This document shows, in pieces, positions 13,507 to 25,864 of a stretch of DNA of 64,000 nt (positions within the stretch are counted from its first letter, which is position 1; every line of letters begins with the position of its first letter). Made by a program: the position numbers and the translations under genes. Under the pieces are notes generated by a model. It had not been told where the DNA came from and did not search any database. It was given only the letters and a program-made list of their open reading frames with translations. Origin of the DNA: Botryllus schlosseri (taxonomy: Eukaryota); NCBI GenBank assembly GCA_051294905.1, contig CM119371.1, positions 41,170,001 through 41,234,000 of the forward strand, given 5' to 3'.

Positions 13507-14246
13507 GATGTACGGTCCTTCGGCAGGTCGTAACATTAAAATAGCCAAAATTGCACTTTATGATCAATTATCAACTTCATGTGGAATTTTATCACACCAC
13601 CGTAACGAATCGTAATGGATAGAGGATTTAGCGTAGCTTAACAATCTCATCATAATCATTGGTGTATTAGCAATTTTTATCAGTTCAATACACCACAAAA
13701 ATGCGATACAATGCAAAGATAGGATGGTGTCGAAGCGACTTGGAGTAGTCTGTGGAATCGGAACCCTACCTTGGCCCAGGCGATGTAAAGAGGAGGCATG
13801 CACACTGAATGCAAAGTAAAAAAAGATATTATAGAAAAAATCAAGCGACAAATATGGGGGGGCATGTCATGGAAGGCGAGATTGATAGATCAGGGTCCAA
13901 GTCCGGTGATCTTTGGAGTCTGTCTAAAATGTCATGCCTCGAAATTATTGGACTAATGTAAGAGTTGCATATCATCGGATTCAATGTTCTGACATCGCAA
14001 CTTCATTACGTACAAATACGCGTATAGAATATACGCGCAGCTTGCACAATAGAAATACTGTCTCGACTTCTCGACAATATCACATTCACTGAAATCACGC
14101 TAAGAATTGTTTGAAACTAGACCAGAATCAGTGGTGGCTTTTGGGGTGGGTGAGGTGGGCGGTCGCCCGGGGACCCCTGGTCGAACCCCCCCTCTTTAGT
14201 CAATCATCAAATCTCTGCATTTGTTAGAAAAGTCCCATATCCCGAT

Positions 14247-15780
14247 CAGAGTTGGATCAATTGTAATTTGTAATTGAGCTGAATGTAATGATTACATTTT
14301 TTCATGTAATTGTAATTGTAATTGTAATTGAAGCATTTCTATTTTGTGTAATTGTGATTGTAATTTGATCAAAATTTTGCTCAATTACAATCTGAATTAC
14401 ATTTTCATGGAAACCTGACAATCACAACATACAATAATCAATTAATCAATCATTTATTCGTCACACCAGTGAAAATCCGGTACGAACCAGGATGATGACG
14501 AGGGGCCTTAGTAAACAGTCACCACTTGTAATAATTAGCCTATTTACATCGGTGTTCTATGCGTGCTGGGTTATAACTAGATAATTCAGTCACGTTAAAC
14601 TATTTCCCATACTTCAGTAGCAACAGAAAACTTTGTGAATTACAATATACGCTAAACCAGTGGTTCTCAAACTGGGGGCGCGACGCTCCAGTGAACTAAA
14701 TTTTTTTCCGCGCTTTGCCCGATTCACCTCGGTTTTATGGTTATTGCTCGGTGTATAGTCTGAATTTCGTATTGGAGAATTCTCTCATCAACAGTCATAA
14801 CCTTCCATACCATCAAACTATATGTAAGGATTGCGAACTTTCTGGTTTCATTGTGTGCTACAGCGATAAGGGGTGCACGAAATATTAACCTTAAGGGGGG
14901 CGTGTCTAAAAAAGTTAGAGGACCAGTGGGCTAAACTAAGTCTTAATATTTCAAAAATGGATGAACAGCAAATAAACTCTTCTGAAACCCGTGCTGAACC
15001 ATTTTCTACATCATGGTCAAAGTTTTTTAAATCTCTGACCACTACCGAGCCTTGTTGCAACAATTGCAAAAAAATTCAAGTTTCCAACTAAGGCTTCATC
15101 AAATTTGATCACGCATTTGTAGAGATGTTATCCCAATGTTACCTTCAATCTTGGCCAAATTTACTGGGGCCAGAAACTTTTCGCACCCTAATGTTCATCA
15201 AATGCAATCTAACAGTTTCCGAGCAAGTGAAAATGTAATTGCGAACCAAAATATTGTAATTCTTAGTTATAAGGAGGTTCTTTCCTTTTGCATTTATTTT
15301 ACGCACCGTATCGGTGTCTTCCTTAAAACTGACGCGTTACCAATTACATCTCATTGACTGTCCTGTAGCCTATTCGCTGTTAGTCGCTCAAACCTTTGGT
15401 TCTTAACAGTCGCTTGAAACATTTTTCTGTGCTTGTAGTTTTCAGTACTCATGATTAGGAATAGTTCGAATATGTTCGAGTTTTTTTTATTTAAGGGGTA
15501 TTTTACATATAATGAATGAAACATGAATAGCTTGAGATTGTTGCTAATTACGTCGCTTCGGTTGACAAAGAACACCTCTTTACTGAATCAATTACCTGTT
15601 TAAAAGTAATTGTAATTGTAATTATAATTGTACTTAATTGCATGTTTAACAGTAATTATAATTGTAATTTGATATTTTTAGCATTGAGTAATTGTAATTG
15701 TAATGTGATTGAAACACGCAAAGAAGTAATTGTAATTGTAATTGTAATTGAATTAAAATATTGTAATTGATCCAACTCTG
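14247..15780 (+). mobile_element. hAT-type element with (GTAATT)n subterminal arrays, copy 1
   Basis: TIRs CAGAGTTGGATCAATT / AATTGATCCAACTCTG; perfect TSD ATCCCGAT; nested MITE 14658-14928. Confidence 0.95.
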
Positions 15781-16252
15781 ATCCCGATAGTCTTCAAGTC
15801 TCATGCGGTAGAGATATTTATAGTTTTGATGTAGTCTATCCTTGCGACCATGCAATAGACATGACCTAATCCAGCGCGTGGCTCAAACCTTGACGTGGTG
15901 TGCTGACTCATGTCAGCGGATAGCATTCCAGATTAGAGTGGGTCCATTCAGCATGCAGCAGTTGTATCGCTATTCTATTATTTCACGCTACATGCAATAC
16001 ATCTTCACTAAGAAGGCATGAGCTATAGTTAGCTGGTTCACTTCTTTTATAATTTGACAATGTATCATAAAAGAAGGCTCCGGAGCTAGAGCAATTCAGC
16101 ATCCCGGTCAGCTTCAAAGCCGTGTTATAGTCTCACACCTACACATCACTACCCCGTTCCATATGTCGCACTAATATCCAGTTGCTAACAATACATGCGA
16201 AATGAGGGTGTGTGGGGGCGGAGCAGTTCAGCATTCCGGCCAGCTTCAAAGC

Positions 16253-17913
16253 CAGAGGTGGCCAGTAGCGAAGTACTTCTACTTACTCAAGTAGAACTGA
16301 TTTTCGCTACTTATACTTCTACTTCGTAATATTTTGTGATCTACTTACTTACTTTTCACTATTTTCAGTTTGTCAAGTAGAAGTATTATATCTTCCAATT
16401 AGGAAGATAGCCCGAGGAATTTCGGGGCATGTTTTCACGGAGTATCAACATTTAATTTTCATAAAAGTTGAGTAAAGCCCAGAATTTCCGTCGCGCCTGG
16501 CGCGCATTGGATACAGAGTTACCAGTATGATTTCACGACGGTATCGATGAATATAGTTTAGGTAGCGGGTTGGCGTGGATCCGTTCACATAGGGATATCT
16601 AGAAGTAGATATCTAGATATTCCCGCGTTCGCACCACATTGTCGCCCTTCGCCTATATGAAATAATTCATCACAGTATATATGGCTCATCATAGCGTTTG
16701 AAACTGATGTTTCGCAATCTAGCATTTACTTGTCATATCGTAATCTAGCATGTCCATGGCGCGTCCTAACCTGGAAAAGTGGATTCTGACTTTTTCCAGC
16801 TTTACACCTGTTTTAGCATGCCACCATTGAAACTGCATGTCTGGACTAAAGGCATGAAAAACGTGTTCCGCTTTTAGAAGTAGTATTTATGTTTCATTTT
16901 CAATTCCCAGTATCATATACTTTGAGTTATAATTAATATCAGTTCTTTTGTGCAAGTGTAGTAATGCCTTTAATTTCCGGAAATAAAGCTACACAATATG
17001 TCATTTTTACGGTCCACCATATTTTTTATTAGCGTTTACTAATCGCGCAAAGTGTTTACACCTAGGGTTACCATACGTCCTCTTTTAAGAGGATTTGTCC
17101 TCTTTTTTGACTTTTTTGAAAGTGTCCTCGGAGGACGCCCTTTTGTCCTCTCTTTTGAGATTTTGTCCTCTTTTTTGAAAGTTTAGGTAACATTTAGATC
17201 AAAATGCGAGGGATATGCCGTAAATTAGCACAGATGTGACGTCCGGCGGGTATTTCGGAGGGAAAAACGGTGATTTGATCTCTGAGCAAGAAGTTCACCT
17301 TTTTTTTAGTCAACCACCAAGCAATGTGGAGTGGAAAACGGTATTTTGAACAGTCAACCGATCACAAAGTGGGAAAATTCACCGATTTTTGAGAATAATT
17401 CTCCGGTTTTGCAAGTCTCAAATTTCTGAAAAAGTGTCCTCGTTTTAGTTTTCCAAAATATGGTAAGCCTACTACACCGTATCCTATACAACTTCTCCGT
17501 ATTGCTCTGGGGATGGCGCCATACCATGCTATTTTCCAAAACGCGCTGTTCGAGAAAACAAAGGATAAGTATTGCATTTCCATATCAATCCTATCATTTT
17601 CATCCCATGATGCGGAAGAATGCTTATGCTATCGCAAATTGGATACCTGCTGGTATATGCATCAATATGAATCAAGCTCGTCACCTCTCGCAGCTTAATT
17701 TGCACCTTTTTGCAATCCATGTGAACGAATTAGGATCGTTTTCACAACTACTTACTTACTTGAGTACTTTTAAAGTCAGTCAATTCTACTTCTACTTTAA
17801 GTAGTTTTAGGGTGCTTATGGAAGAAGTACTTCTACTCGTACTTGGGTAGATTTTTTCGTCGCTTCTTCTACTACAACTTGAGTAGCTTTCTTGACTACT
17901 TTGGTCACCTCTG
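16253..17913. mobile_element. hAT-type element with TACTT-rich subterminal arrays; nested MITE 17063-17471
   Basis: TIRs CAGAGGTGGCCA / TGGTCACCTCTG; TSD TTCAAAGC/CTCAAAGC; interrupts the second unit of a ~130-bp tandem duplication (16090-16252, resumes 17922-18030). Confidence 0.85.
17063..17471. mobile_element. TAGGGTTACCATA-family MITE; other copies ~40001-40330, 53122-53386, 54603-55017, ~61793-62120
   Basis: TIRs TAGGGTTACCATA / TATGGTAAGCCTA, repeated TGTCCTCTTTT motifs; 54603 copy has TSD CTATATCG/CTATATGG. Confidence 0.85.
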
Positions 17914-18269
17914 CTCAAAGCCGTGTTATAGTGTCACATAGGCCTACACATAACTACCTCCGTTTCATATGTCGCACTAATATCAAGTTGATAACGACAC
18001 ATGCGAAAGGGGTTGTGCGGGCGGAGCCCCCCCAGAAGCTGCGGAGACATACTTATCGAATCGAGTCATTTTTTCATTCACCACCGAGTCGAGTTTGAGT
18101 CCAAGTCAGCTAGTAGAGGGCCGAGTCCGAGTCATAGCGTTTTGACTCTGGTGCGAGTCCAAGTCATTATAATCACTGTTCAGTTTTCAGCTTAGTCGGG
18201 TTGGTTCAACTCTGCTCGAGTGATATAGAATGGCTCGCATTCATAATATAGTAATTTTTCTGTCTTAAC

Positions 18270-19769
18270 CAGAGTTGGATCAATTACAATATTTTAATTC
18301 AATTAAAATTACAATTACCTCCTTGCATGTTTCAATTACATTACAATTACAATTACTCAATGCTAATAATATCAAATTACAATTACAATAACTGTTAAAC
18401 AGGTATTTGATTCAGTAAAGAGGTGTTCTTTGACAAACGTAGCGACGTAAATAGCAACAATCTCAAGCTATTAATGTTTCATTCATGATATGTAGAATAC
18501 CCATAAATTTAAAAAAAAACACTTGAACGTATTCGAACTATTCATAATCATGAGTACTGAAAAGCACAGAAAAATGTTTCAAGCGACTGTTAACAACCGA
18601 AGGTTTGAGCGACTAACAGCGAATAGGCTACACTCTACAGGACATGAGTCAATGAAATGTAATTGGTAAAGCGTCAGTGATAAAGATGATACCGATAAGG
18701 CGCGTAAAATTTAAATAACTGCAAAAGGAAATAACCTCCTGATAACTAAGAATTACAATATTTTGGTTCGCATTGACATTTTCACTTGCTCGGAAACTGT
18801 TAGATTCAAGTTTCTGGCCCCAGTAAATTTGGCCAAGATTGGAGATGAGATTGGGATAACATCTCTACAAATGCGTGATCATACTGATCAAGTATGAAGA
18901 AGCCTTGGTTGGAAACTTGAAATTCTTTTTGCAATTGTTGCAACAAGCCTCGGTACTGGTCAGAGATTTAAAAAAAAACTTTGACCGTGGTGTAGAAAAT
19001 GGTTTAGCACAGGTTTCAGAAGAGTTTAGTTGCTGTTCATCAATTTTTGTAATATTAGGATTCAGTTCAGCCACTGGTTCCCTAACTTTTTTAGATGCGC
19101 CCGCCTCTATGACAGGGAAATGTTTCGTGCCCCCCTTATCGTCACAGCACACAATGAAACCAGAATGTTAGCAATCCCTAAATATGGTTTGATTGTATGG
19201 AAGGTTATGACTGTTGATGAGAGAATTCTCAAATACGAAATTCAGACTATACGCCGAACAATAACTATAGAACGGAGGTGAATCGGGCCACGCGGGGAAA
19301 AGATTTCAGTTCACTGGAGCGTCGCGCACCGTTTAAATGCTTTAACGCCGCCCAAGGGGGCACGCTCCCAGATTGAGAACCACTGGTTTAGCCTATATTG
19401 TAATTCACAAAGTTTTCTGTTGCCACTGAAGTATGGGAAACAGTTAAGCGTGACTGAATTATATAGTTATAACGCAGCACGCATAGAACACCTATGTAAA
19501 TACGCTAATTATTACAGGTGTTGACTGTTCACTAAGGCCTTAAGGCCCCTCGTAGTCATCCTGGTCCGTACCGGATTTTTACTGGTGCGACGAATAAATG
19601 ATTGAATAATTGATTATTTTATGTTGTGATTGTCAGGTTCCCATAAAAATGTAATTGAAATTGTAATTGAGCAAAATTTTTATGAAATTACAATTATAAT
19701 TAGGCCTACATGAAAAAATGTAATGAATTACATTCAGGTCAATTACAAATTACAATTGACCCAACTCTG
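18270..19769 (-). mobile_element. (GTAATT)n hAT-type element, copy 2, inverted relative to copy 1
   Basis: Same TIRs; TSD GTCTTAAC/GTTTTAAC; reverse complement of 14247-15780 including the nested MITE; inserted in a reversed GACTCGAGTC-family element (~18055-19945). Confidence 0.95.
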
Positions 19770-21271
19770 GTTTTAACAGTTTCTGGTCCTATTTTCCAAG
19801 TATCAGGTCTGATATACGAAATACCAATACTGTGATAACTTTACATCGCAGTTGCAATGGAATCTCTGTCCTGGTCGTCCTGGTCTGGAGTCGTATGACT
19901 TCTGACTTGGCTCGAGTCATGCTGAATGACTCGACTCGCTACAAAAATTCGTAATCTGCTCCTCTTTCGATTGATACCAATTTTCGCGCTCGGCAAGCCC
20001 ATAAAAATCACTGTCAAATTGCCTTTAGCCAAATGGAAAGTGTGACGTAAACCAGTCGCAGTGAGCCCCTCATTTGCTCCTGAGCTACGCTCCCGTTTAA
20101 TCAGGCAGTATTGTTGCGTCACAAATACCAAACTTGACCACAATGCAAAATTCGAGGCTGATTTTGGGGGGTTCCAAGACCATGAGATGAATAACATTTA
20201 TATTTTTGTAATCACTACAGCAGCAGCTTTCCATTGATACCCATTTTATCAAAATTAATGCTCGGCAAGCCGGTCAGAAATTACCGTCAAATCGCCTTTA
20301 GCCAAATGGAAAGTGGGTCACAGTCCAATTCCACTGAGCCGTGAGATTTTCTTGTTTCTATGTCCTCACCATATAGGACAACATGTCCACACCATTACAG
20401 GACATCATGTTGCAAATAATATCGACTCCCACTTCCGTGGTTATGTTTCTAGCGGTTTTGGTCAATCGCAACGCAACGATGTGCCGTCTAGGATGCCATA
20501 TCACACTTATAAATACTCGACTTAGATAACGAATTTACTACTCTAATCAGTTAGTGGTAATCTTGAAATTGACTACCGCGTTATATGACATCATCAAGAT
20601 ATACAATTCGAATTCTAGTCGCCCATCTCGAAATAGAACACCGTCAAAATCTACATTGACCGATACCGGCTTTTGAGAAATATCTCTTTTGTGTTAGGCT
20701 TGAGGCGCGCATCGATACATAGGCCTACTCGAATTCGACAACGAAACTACTAGGTAGGGAGAGATTAACTTAATGGCACTGCCCTCCTGTTGTGGCAATT
20801 TCTGTTATAATAAACTTCGCAGCAGCTATGGCTGCTTATTTAGCAACAAAGGACAGCTTTAAGGGAACTGATGTGCTCATCCATAGCTGATTATCCACAA
20901 CACAAGTGCTAATGAGACTTTATTAATGCACCAAGGCCAGCGAGTAAGCAAGAAATTTAAATAAAACCTGATTTGTACATTAAAAAGAGAAACACAATAG
21001 GTCATCAAACTCAACAGGTATTTATTTCCGAGTCACGAGTTCATAAAATATTGATGAAAAAGTCTTTTTATTATCAGGCAGCTATATAAACAAAAGTGGG
21101 TGTATTGTAAATATAATGGTCAGATGGCCTGCTTAATAAATCGCTTACTCGCTTCCAGCAAGGTAAGACTTCATTTTCAGAATAGTAGCGGTTCATGTAG
21201 TAATTGCAATCGAATCATTAATCCTCAGACAGTTTGCTTTTATCGACAAATGTTTGACCCAAATCTCTCCA

Positions 21272-23234
21272 TCAATCAGTCTTACCAGCCAAATGAATCA
21301 TCATGTGCCTTTTCAAGTCACCCTTCTGGGTAAATTTCTTGCCACAAATATTGCATTCATAGTTTCTTATGCCAGCATGAGATTCCATATGGTGTGTAAG
21401 GGAACTGCCATAGGCAAGTTTCTTACCACAGAGTTCACAATTGCGGTTTTTGACGCCAGTATGTACAGCCATATGCATCTTCAAGTATGATTTCAATTTA
21501 AATTTATCATGACAAATGTCACATGTAAAATCTTTAACAGAGCTATGGAGTTTTATATGAGTATTAAGATGAACCTTTTGAGTAAATTCCTTCCCGCAAA
21601 TCTCGCATGCATAGTTTTTGACATTTGCATGTACAATATTCATATGGTGCTTAACGGATTTTTTCTGCATCAATTCCTTCCCACAGATATCACACTTATA
21701 ATATTTGGGCCTATCGGCAGCATGCACATGCATATGGTTCTTCAAGCCCGACTTCAGAGGAAACTTTTTCTCACAGATATCACATTTGTAATTTTCTGTG
21801 TCAGTAGGTCTATGTCAGGGCTGGCCAACCTTTTCAGCCAAAGGGCCACATTTGATTGACGAACTAATGCGCGGGCCACCAGCCGCGCGAAGCGCGAAAT
21901 TTTTTTGAAGTTCATAGGTCAATAATATTGAAGCTTGACTATCTTGCGGGCCTGATGTATTTCGCTGGGCTAAATTTGCTAGGACTGGGCTACGTGGTGC
22001 CTGGACATATCGATATCGAAAGCTGCGACCAACATGCGCCAATTGGTTGGTTGGTTTTGAGGTATTTATGGTGTTTGACGACTACTATGGTCATTTACAC
22101 CAGATCGATATTCTTTATTTATATTCCGTAACTGCCGACTTTCAGCACGGCCCACTTCCAGGCTTTTTGTAAAACACCGCTTACGCGGATGAGGTGGCCA
22201 GGAGTCGCCTAGAAAAACCTCCAACACTTGGATATAGGAAATGCCTGAATCATTTTATGCCTAGGTTTCATAGTCGACGGTCTTACTGCGAGCGCAAACG
22301 TAAGGTCGTATATGTTGGACGACACTTTGTCTCGTAATCGCGAATATAGTTAGACTCAATCTGATACATTAGGAGTTCTTTCAGCTTCACAAAGGGGCAA
22401 CAATATCAAAAACAAGAAATCAAGTGACACCATGTTGCGCGAAGCTTGTCCAAAAATTTTACATCTGATAAACCCATCCCAAATCATTCTGCTTTATTGT
22501 AGTGTACGAATATCTACCAATATGTGACTGGCTGATGGATCTGCCAAAGCGCCGGAACTGATATTTTAGTCATCACATCTCAAGTGTCAGACACTAATCA
22601 AATTTTTGTTTGGCCTTGCAAGTTTACAATCTGTGCAATACATTTTGGTGATATTAGAAACTTCTGAAATTACCTCGCGGGCCACTCAAAACGTTCTCGC
22701 GGGCCACATGTGGCCCGCGGGCCACGGGTTGGCCGGCCCTGGTCTATGTTGAAGCATGTGTGTCTTGAAACAGTATTTCCTTGAAAACTCCATCCCACAA
22801 ACTTCGCACTGAAGATCTTTGATGCCGGAATGTACAATATCCATATGCCTCCGCAAGCTTGGCTTATGAGCATATTCGTTTCCGCAAACATCACATTTAT
22901 GATGTATGGCGCGAACATGAGTTTTCATGTGAGTGACGACGCCCTTGCGAGTAAACTTCTTTCCACAAATCTCACATCCATGATTTCGGATAGTAGCAGC
23001 AGCATGATTCGCTTCATGTTCCTTCAAGACCCATTCTCGTTTAAAGCCTTTCCCACAAGTACCACATTTATGTGTTTTTCGCCCCGTATGGCAAATCATG
23101 TGAATATCGCGGTTACCCTTTTGCGTGAAAGTCTTCCCACAAATTTCGCATTCATGATTTTTGACACCATAATGAATATTCATATGGTGCTTGATGGAGT
23201 TCGTCACTAATTCTTTGCCACATATCTCGCACAT
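21272..23234 (-). pseudogene. C2H2 zinc-finger gene copy 1 (12 fingers), interrupted between fingers 6 and 7 by a MITE; as it stands encodes a truncated 182-aa, 6-finger ORF
   Basis: ORFs 22686-23234 and 21272-21745; removing 21816-22741 plus one TSD restores ...HMLQHRPTDTENYKC..., as in the paralog at 62967-63995. Confidence 0.9.
21816..22741. mobile_element. hAT-type MITE (926 bp) inserted in ZNF copy 1; contains a SINE fragment ~22044-22245
   Basis: TIRs as in 8605-9321; perfect TSD GTCTATGT (21808-21815, 22742-22749); single GTCTATGT at the paralogous site near 63503. Confidence 0.97.
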
Positions 23235-23717
23235 TTCGTTATAACTTCGAACAATAGTAAGTTACCAAATTATTGGTATTCAGTCTGTCGGTACTGGTGT
23301 TTCTAAAATATAGGATCAGAAACAGTGTAAAGCAGGGAAAATTACTGTATTATGAATGCGAAGCATTGAGTATCACCCAGTTTACAAGTCGAGTCAATAT
23401 TCACTGGAGCCGAGTTTAATCCATTTTCCATAATTCTGGAAAGAACTCAAGTCGAGTACCATAATTACAATCCTGCCATGACGGCAATTGAAACAAATCT
23501 TACATAAAACCATACATGCAGCAATTGCCAGTTGAGCTCCCCACAGGGCCATAATCCAAAAGCACACACTATATTAGAGATTAGCCTTATTTAGGTTTAC
23601 CGGGTTTTGATATCCGGAAGTGAGGAACCTTTTCAAAAAATCTGAAAGCTGGTGATTTTGGAAACTCTTTTTTACCCGTAGCAGTATTGCGTTGACTTAA
23701 AAAGGTCACCGCTCAGG

Positions 23718-25007
23718 AGGGTGTCTTTGATTTGTACATGTCGCCAATGTCACCAATGTCGACGTCTATCTATTTTGTCAATGTCACCCATGTCGCCAAT
23801 GTCGACGTCTATCAATTTTGTCAATGTCACCAATGTCGACTTCTATCTATTTTGTCAATGTCACCAATATCGCCAATGTCACCAATGTCGGCAATGTCAC
23901 CAATGTCGGCAATGTCACCAATGTCGCCAATGCCACCAATGTCGGCTATGTCACCAATGCCGACAATGCCAACATTGCCGACGATGCCGAAACTAGGATA
24001 CTGTAATGACTCGAGTAAGGATTTTTGGTGACTCGACTTGAATCAATTTTGGTATTGACTTGACCTGCACTCGGCTACTCAAGCACTTCGACGTTTATTC
24101 AATTCAACAGGCCTAATAATGTAAATCATATCATTGGAGTTATAAATAATTTGCGTTTGTGGCAAATCTTCAGGTCTGGTCGAAATCGAAAATAATCGCA
24201 ATGTCTGTTTTGCATGCGTAGGCCTCCTCTATCTTGCAGGTGGTCTGTCTGTACCAGATGAGTCCGTAAGTTATCCCATGCGGTCTGGAGTCATGCGCAA
24301 TGACTCAAGTACAGTACAACGAGCCTACTTTTTGCCAGCGTACCTCACGTCCAGTCGTGTATTTTCATTGCGAATCTTACAGTGGAATGTATAAAGACTT
24401 CGACGTTTATTCAATTCAACAGGCCTAATAATGTAAATAATATGATTAGTTATATTATAATAACATTGATAATGACATTTATTCAATTCAACATAGGCCT
24501 AATAATGTAAATAATATGATTAGTTATATGATAATAACATTGATAATGACATTTATTCAATTCAACGTAGGCCTAATAATGTGAATAATATGATTAGTTA
24601 TATGATAATAACATTGATAATGACATTTATTCAATTCAACGTAGGATTAATAATGTAAATAATATGATTAGTTATAAATAATTTGCGTTTGTGGCCATGC
24701 AATCTTCAGGTCTTCCCGTCAAGAATCGCGTAGTATGTAGCGAGATAGTCGAAGTACTTGAGTAGCTGAGTGCAGGTCAAGTCAATACCAAGATTGATTC
24801 AAGTCGTGTCGAGTCACCAAAAATCCTTACTCGAGTCATTACAGTATCCTAGTTTCGGCCCCCGAGCGGCATCGTCGGCAATGTCGGCATTGTCGGCATT
24901 GGTGACATAGCCGACATTGGTGACATTGCCGACGTTGGCGACATTGACAAAATAGATAGACGTCGACATCGGCGACATTGACGACATGTACAAATCAAAG
25001 ACACCCC
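23718..25007. mobile_element. Foldback-type element with long modular inverted arms and internal tandem repeats
   Basis: Ends GGGTGTCTTTGATTTGTACATGTC / GACATGTACAAATCAAAGACACCC; TSD CGCTCAGG (8-9 bp); 9-bp (ATGTCRCCA)n arrays in both arms. Confidence 0.85.
24406..24675. repeat. 72-74-bp tandem repeat, about 3.6 units
   Basis: Units beginning TTTATTCAATTCAAC at 24406, 24478, 24552, 24626. Confidence 0.9.
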
Positions 25008-25232
25008 CGCTCAGGCTCTATTCCTGAATCACCCGCGATAATATGTGTGGACTAAAAGAAAAATATGTCATCACTTGGACAGAACTCTGATGCTCGCTGC
25101 ATCGGGATCGAGTTTTTGATCGTTTCTTGATGCTTTTTCTAGTAAAAGAGGACAAATTTCTAAAAATGAGGACATTTAAAGGCGTCCTCCGAGGACACTT
25201 TCAATCAGGGATGTCTTGAAATTAGATATGCC

Positions 25233-25864
25233 CAGGGTTGTAATGATTTAAGTCATCACTCGACTCGAGTCACGATTTTCGGATGATTCGACTCGAGTCA
25301 TTTTTTCAAAATACAAAAATGACTCGACTCGAGTCTATCTGTGTGTTGACTTGACTTGGACTCGAGTCATTTGCTCAAAATACAAAAATGACTCGACTCG
25401 AGTCTATCTGTGTGTTGACTTGACTTGGACTCGAGTCATTGCGCATGACTCGAAGCAAGTCATTGACTCGAGATTCAGATGGCCAAGACTGACATTTCAT
25501 TGTAATTTCGAAGCCAACACAGTATTGGGATTTCGTTTGTTGGTACTGGTGCTTGAAAATGCGACCAGAAACTGCTAAAAGTGATGAAAATTGATATATT
25601 ATAAATTCGAACCATTCAATATCACCAAACATAGTTGAAAAAGTGGGTTAAGGAAGACTTTAATTGGAAACTGAGCAGTCAACACAATGACTTGGACTCG
25701 GACTCGAGTCATAATACGATGACTCGGACTCGATCCTCTGTTGGCTGACTTGGACTCAGACTTGACTCGGTGGGAATTGAAAATGACTCCACTTGACTCG
25801 AGTCAAAAATATATAAGTGAGATTGACTTGTGACTCGGAGCCTTGTGACTTGGTTACAACCCTG
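25233..25864. mobile_element. GACTCGAGTC-rich MITE
   Basis: TIRs CAGGGTTGTAA / TTACAACCCTG; TSD GATATGCC/GATATCCC; internal direct duplication near 25300-25440. Confidence 0.85.

Noticed and set aside
22660..22690. MITE-internal donor GAG|GTAATT that might splice out the insertion
   Set aside because: Lies downstream of the in-frame TGA at 22686-22688, and no good acceptor is visible at the far end.
23721..24031. Cys/His-rich (QCHQCR)n ORF resembling a metallothionein or keratin-associated protein
   Set aside because: Translation of a 9-bp minisatellite in a foldback arm; open in all three frames.
24406..24675. Regular repeats as a possible CRISPR array
   Set aside because: Units are contiguous with no unique spacers; eukaryotic context; no cas genes.
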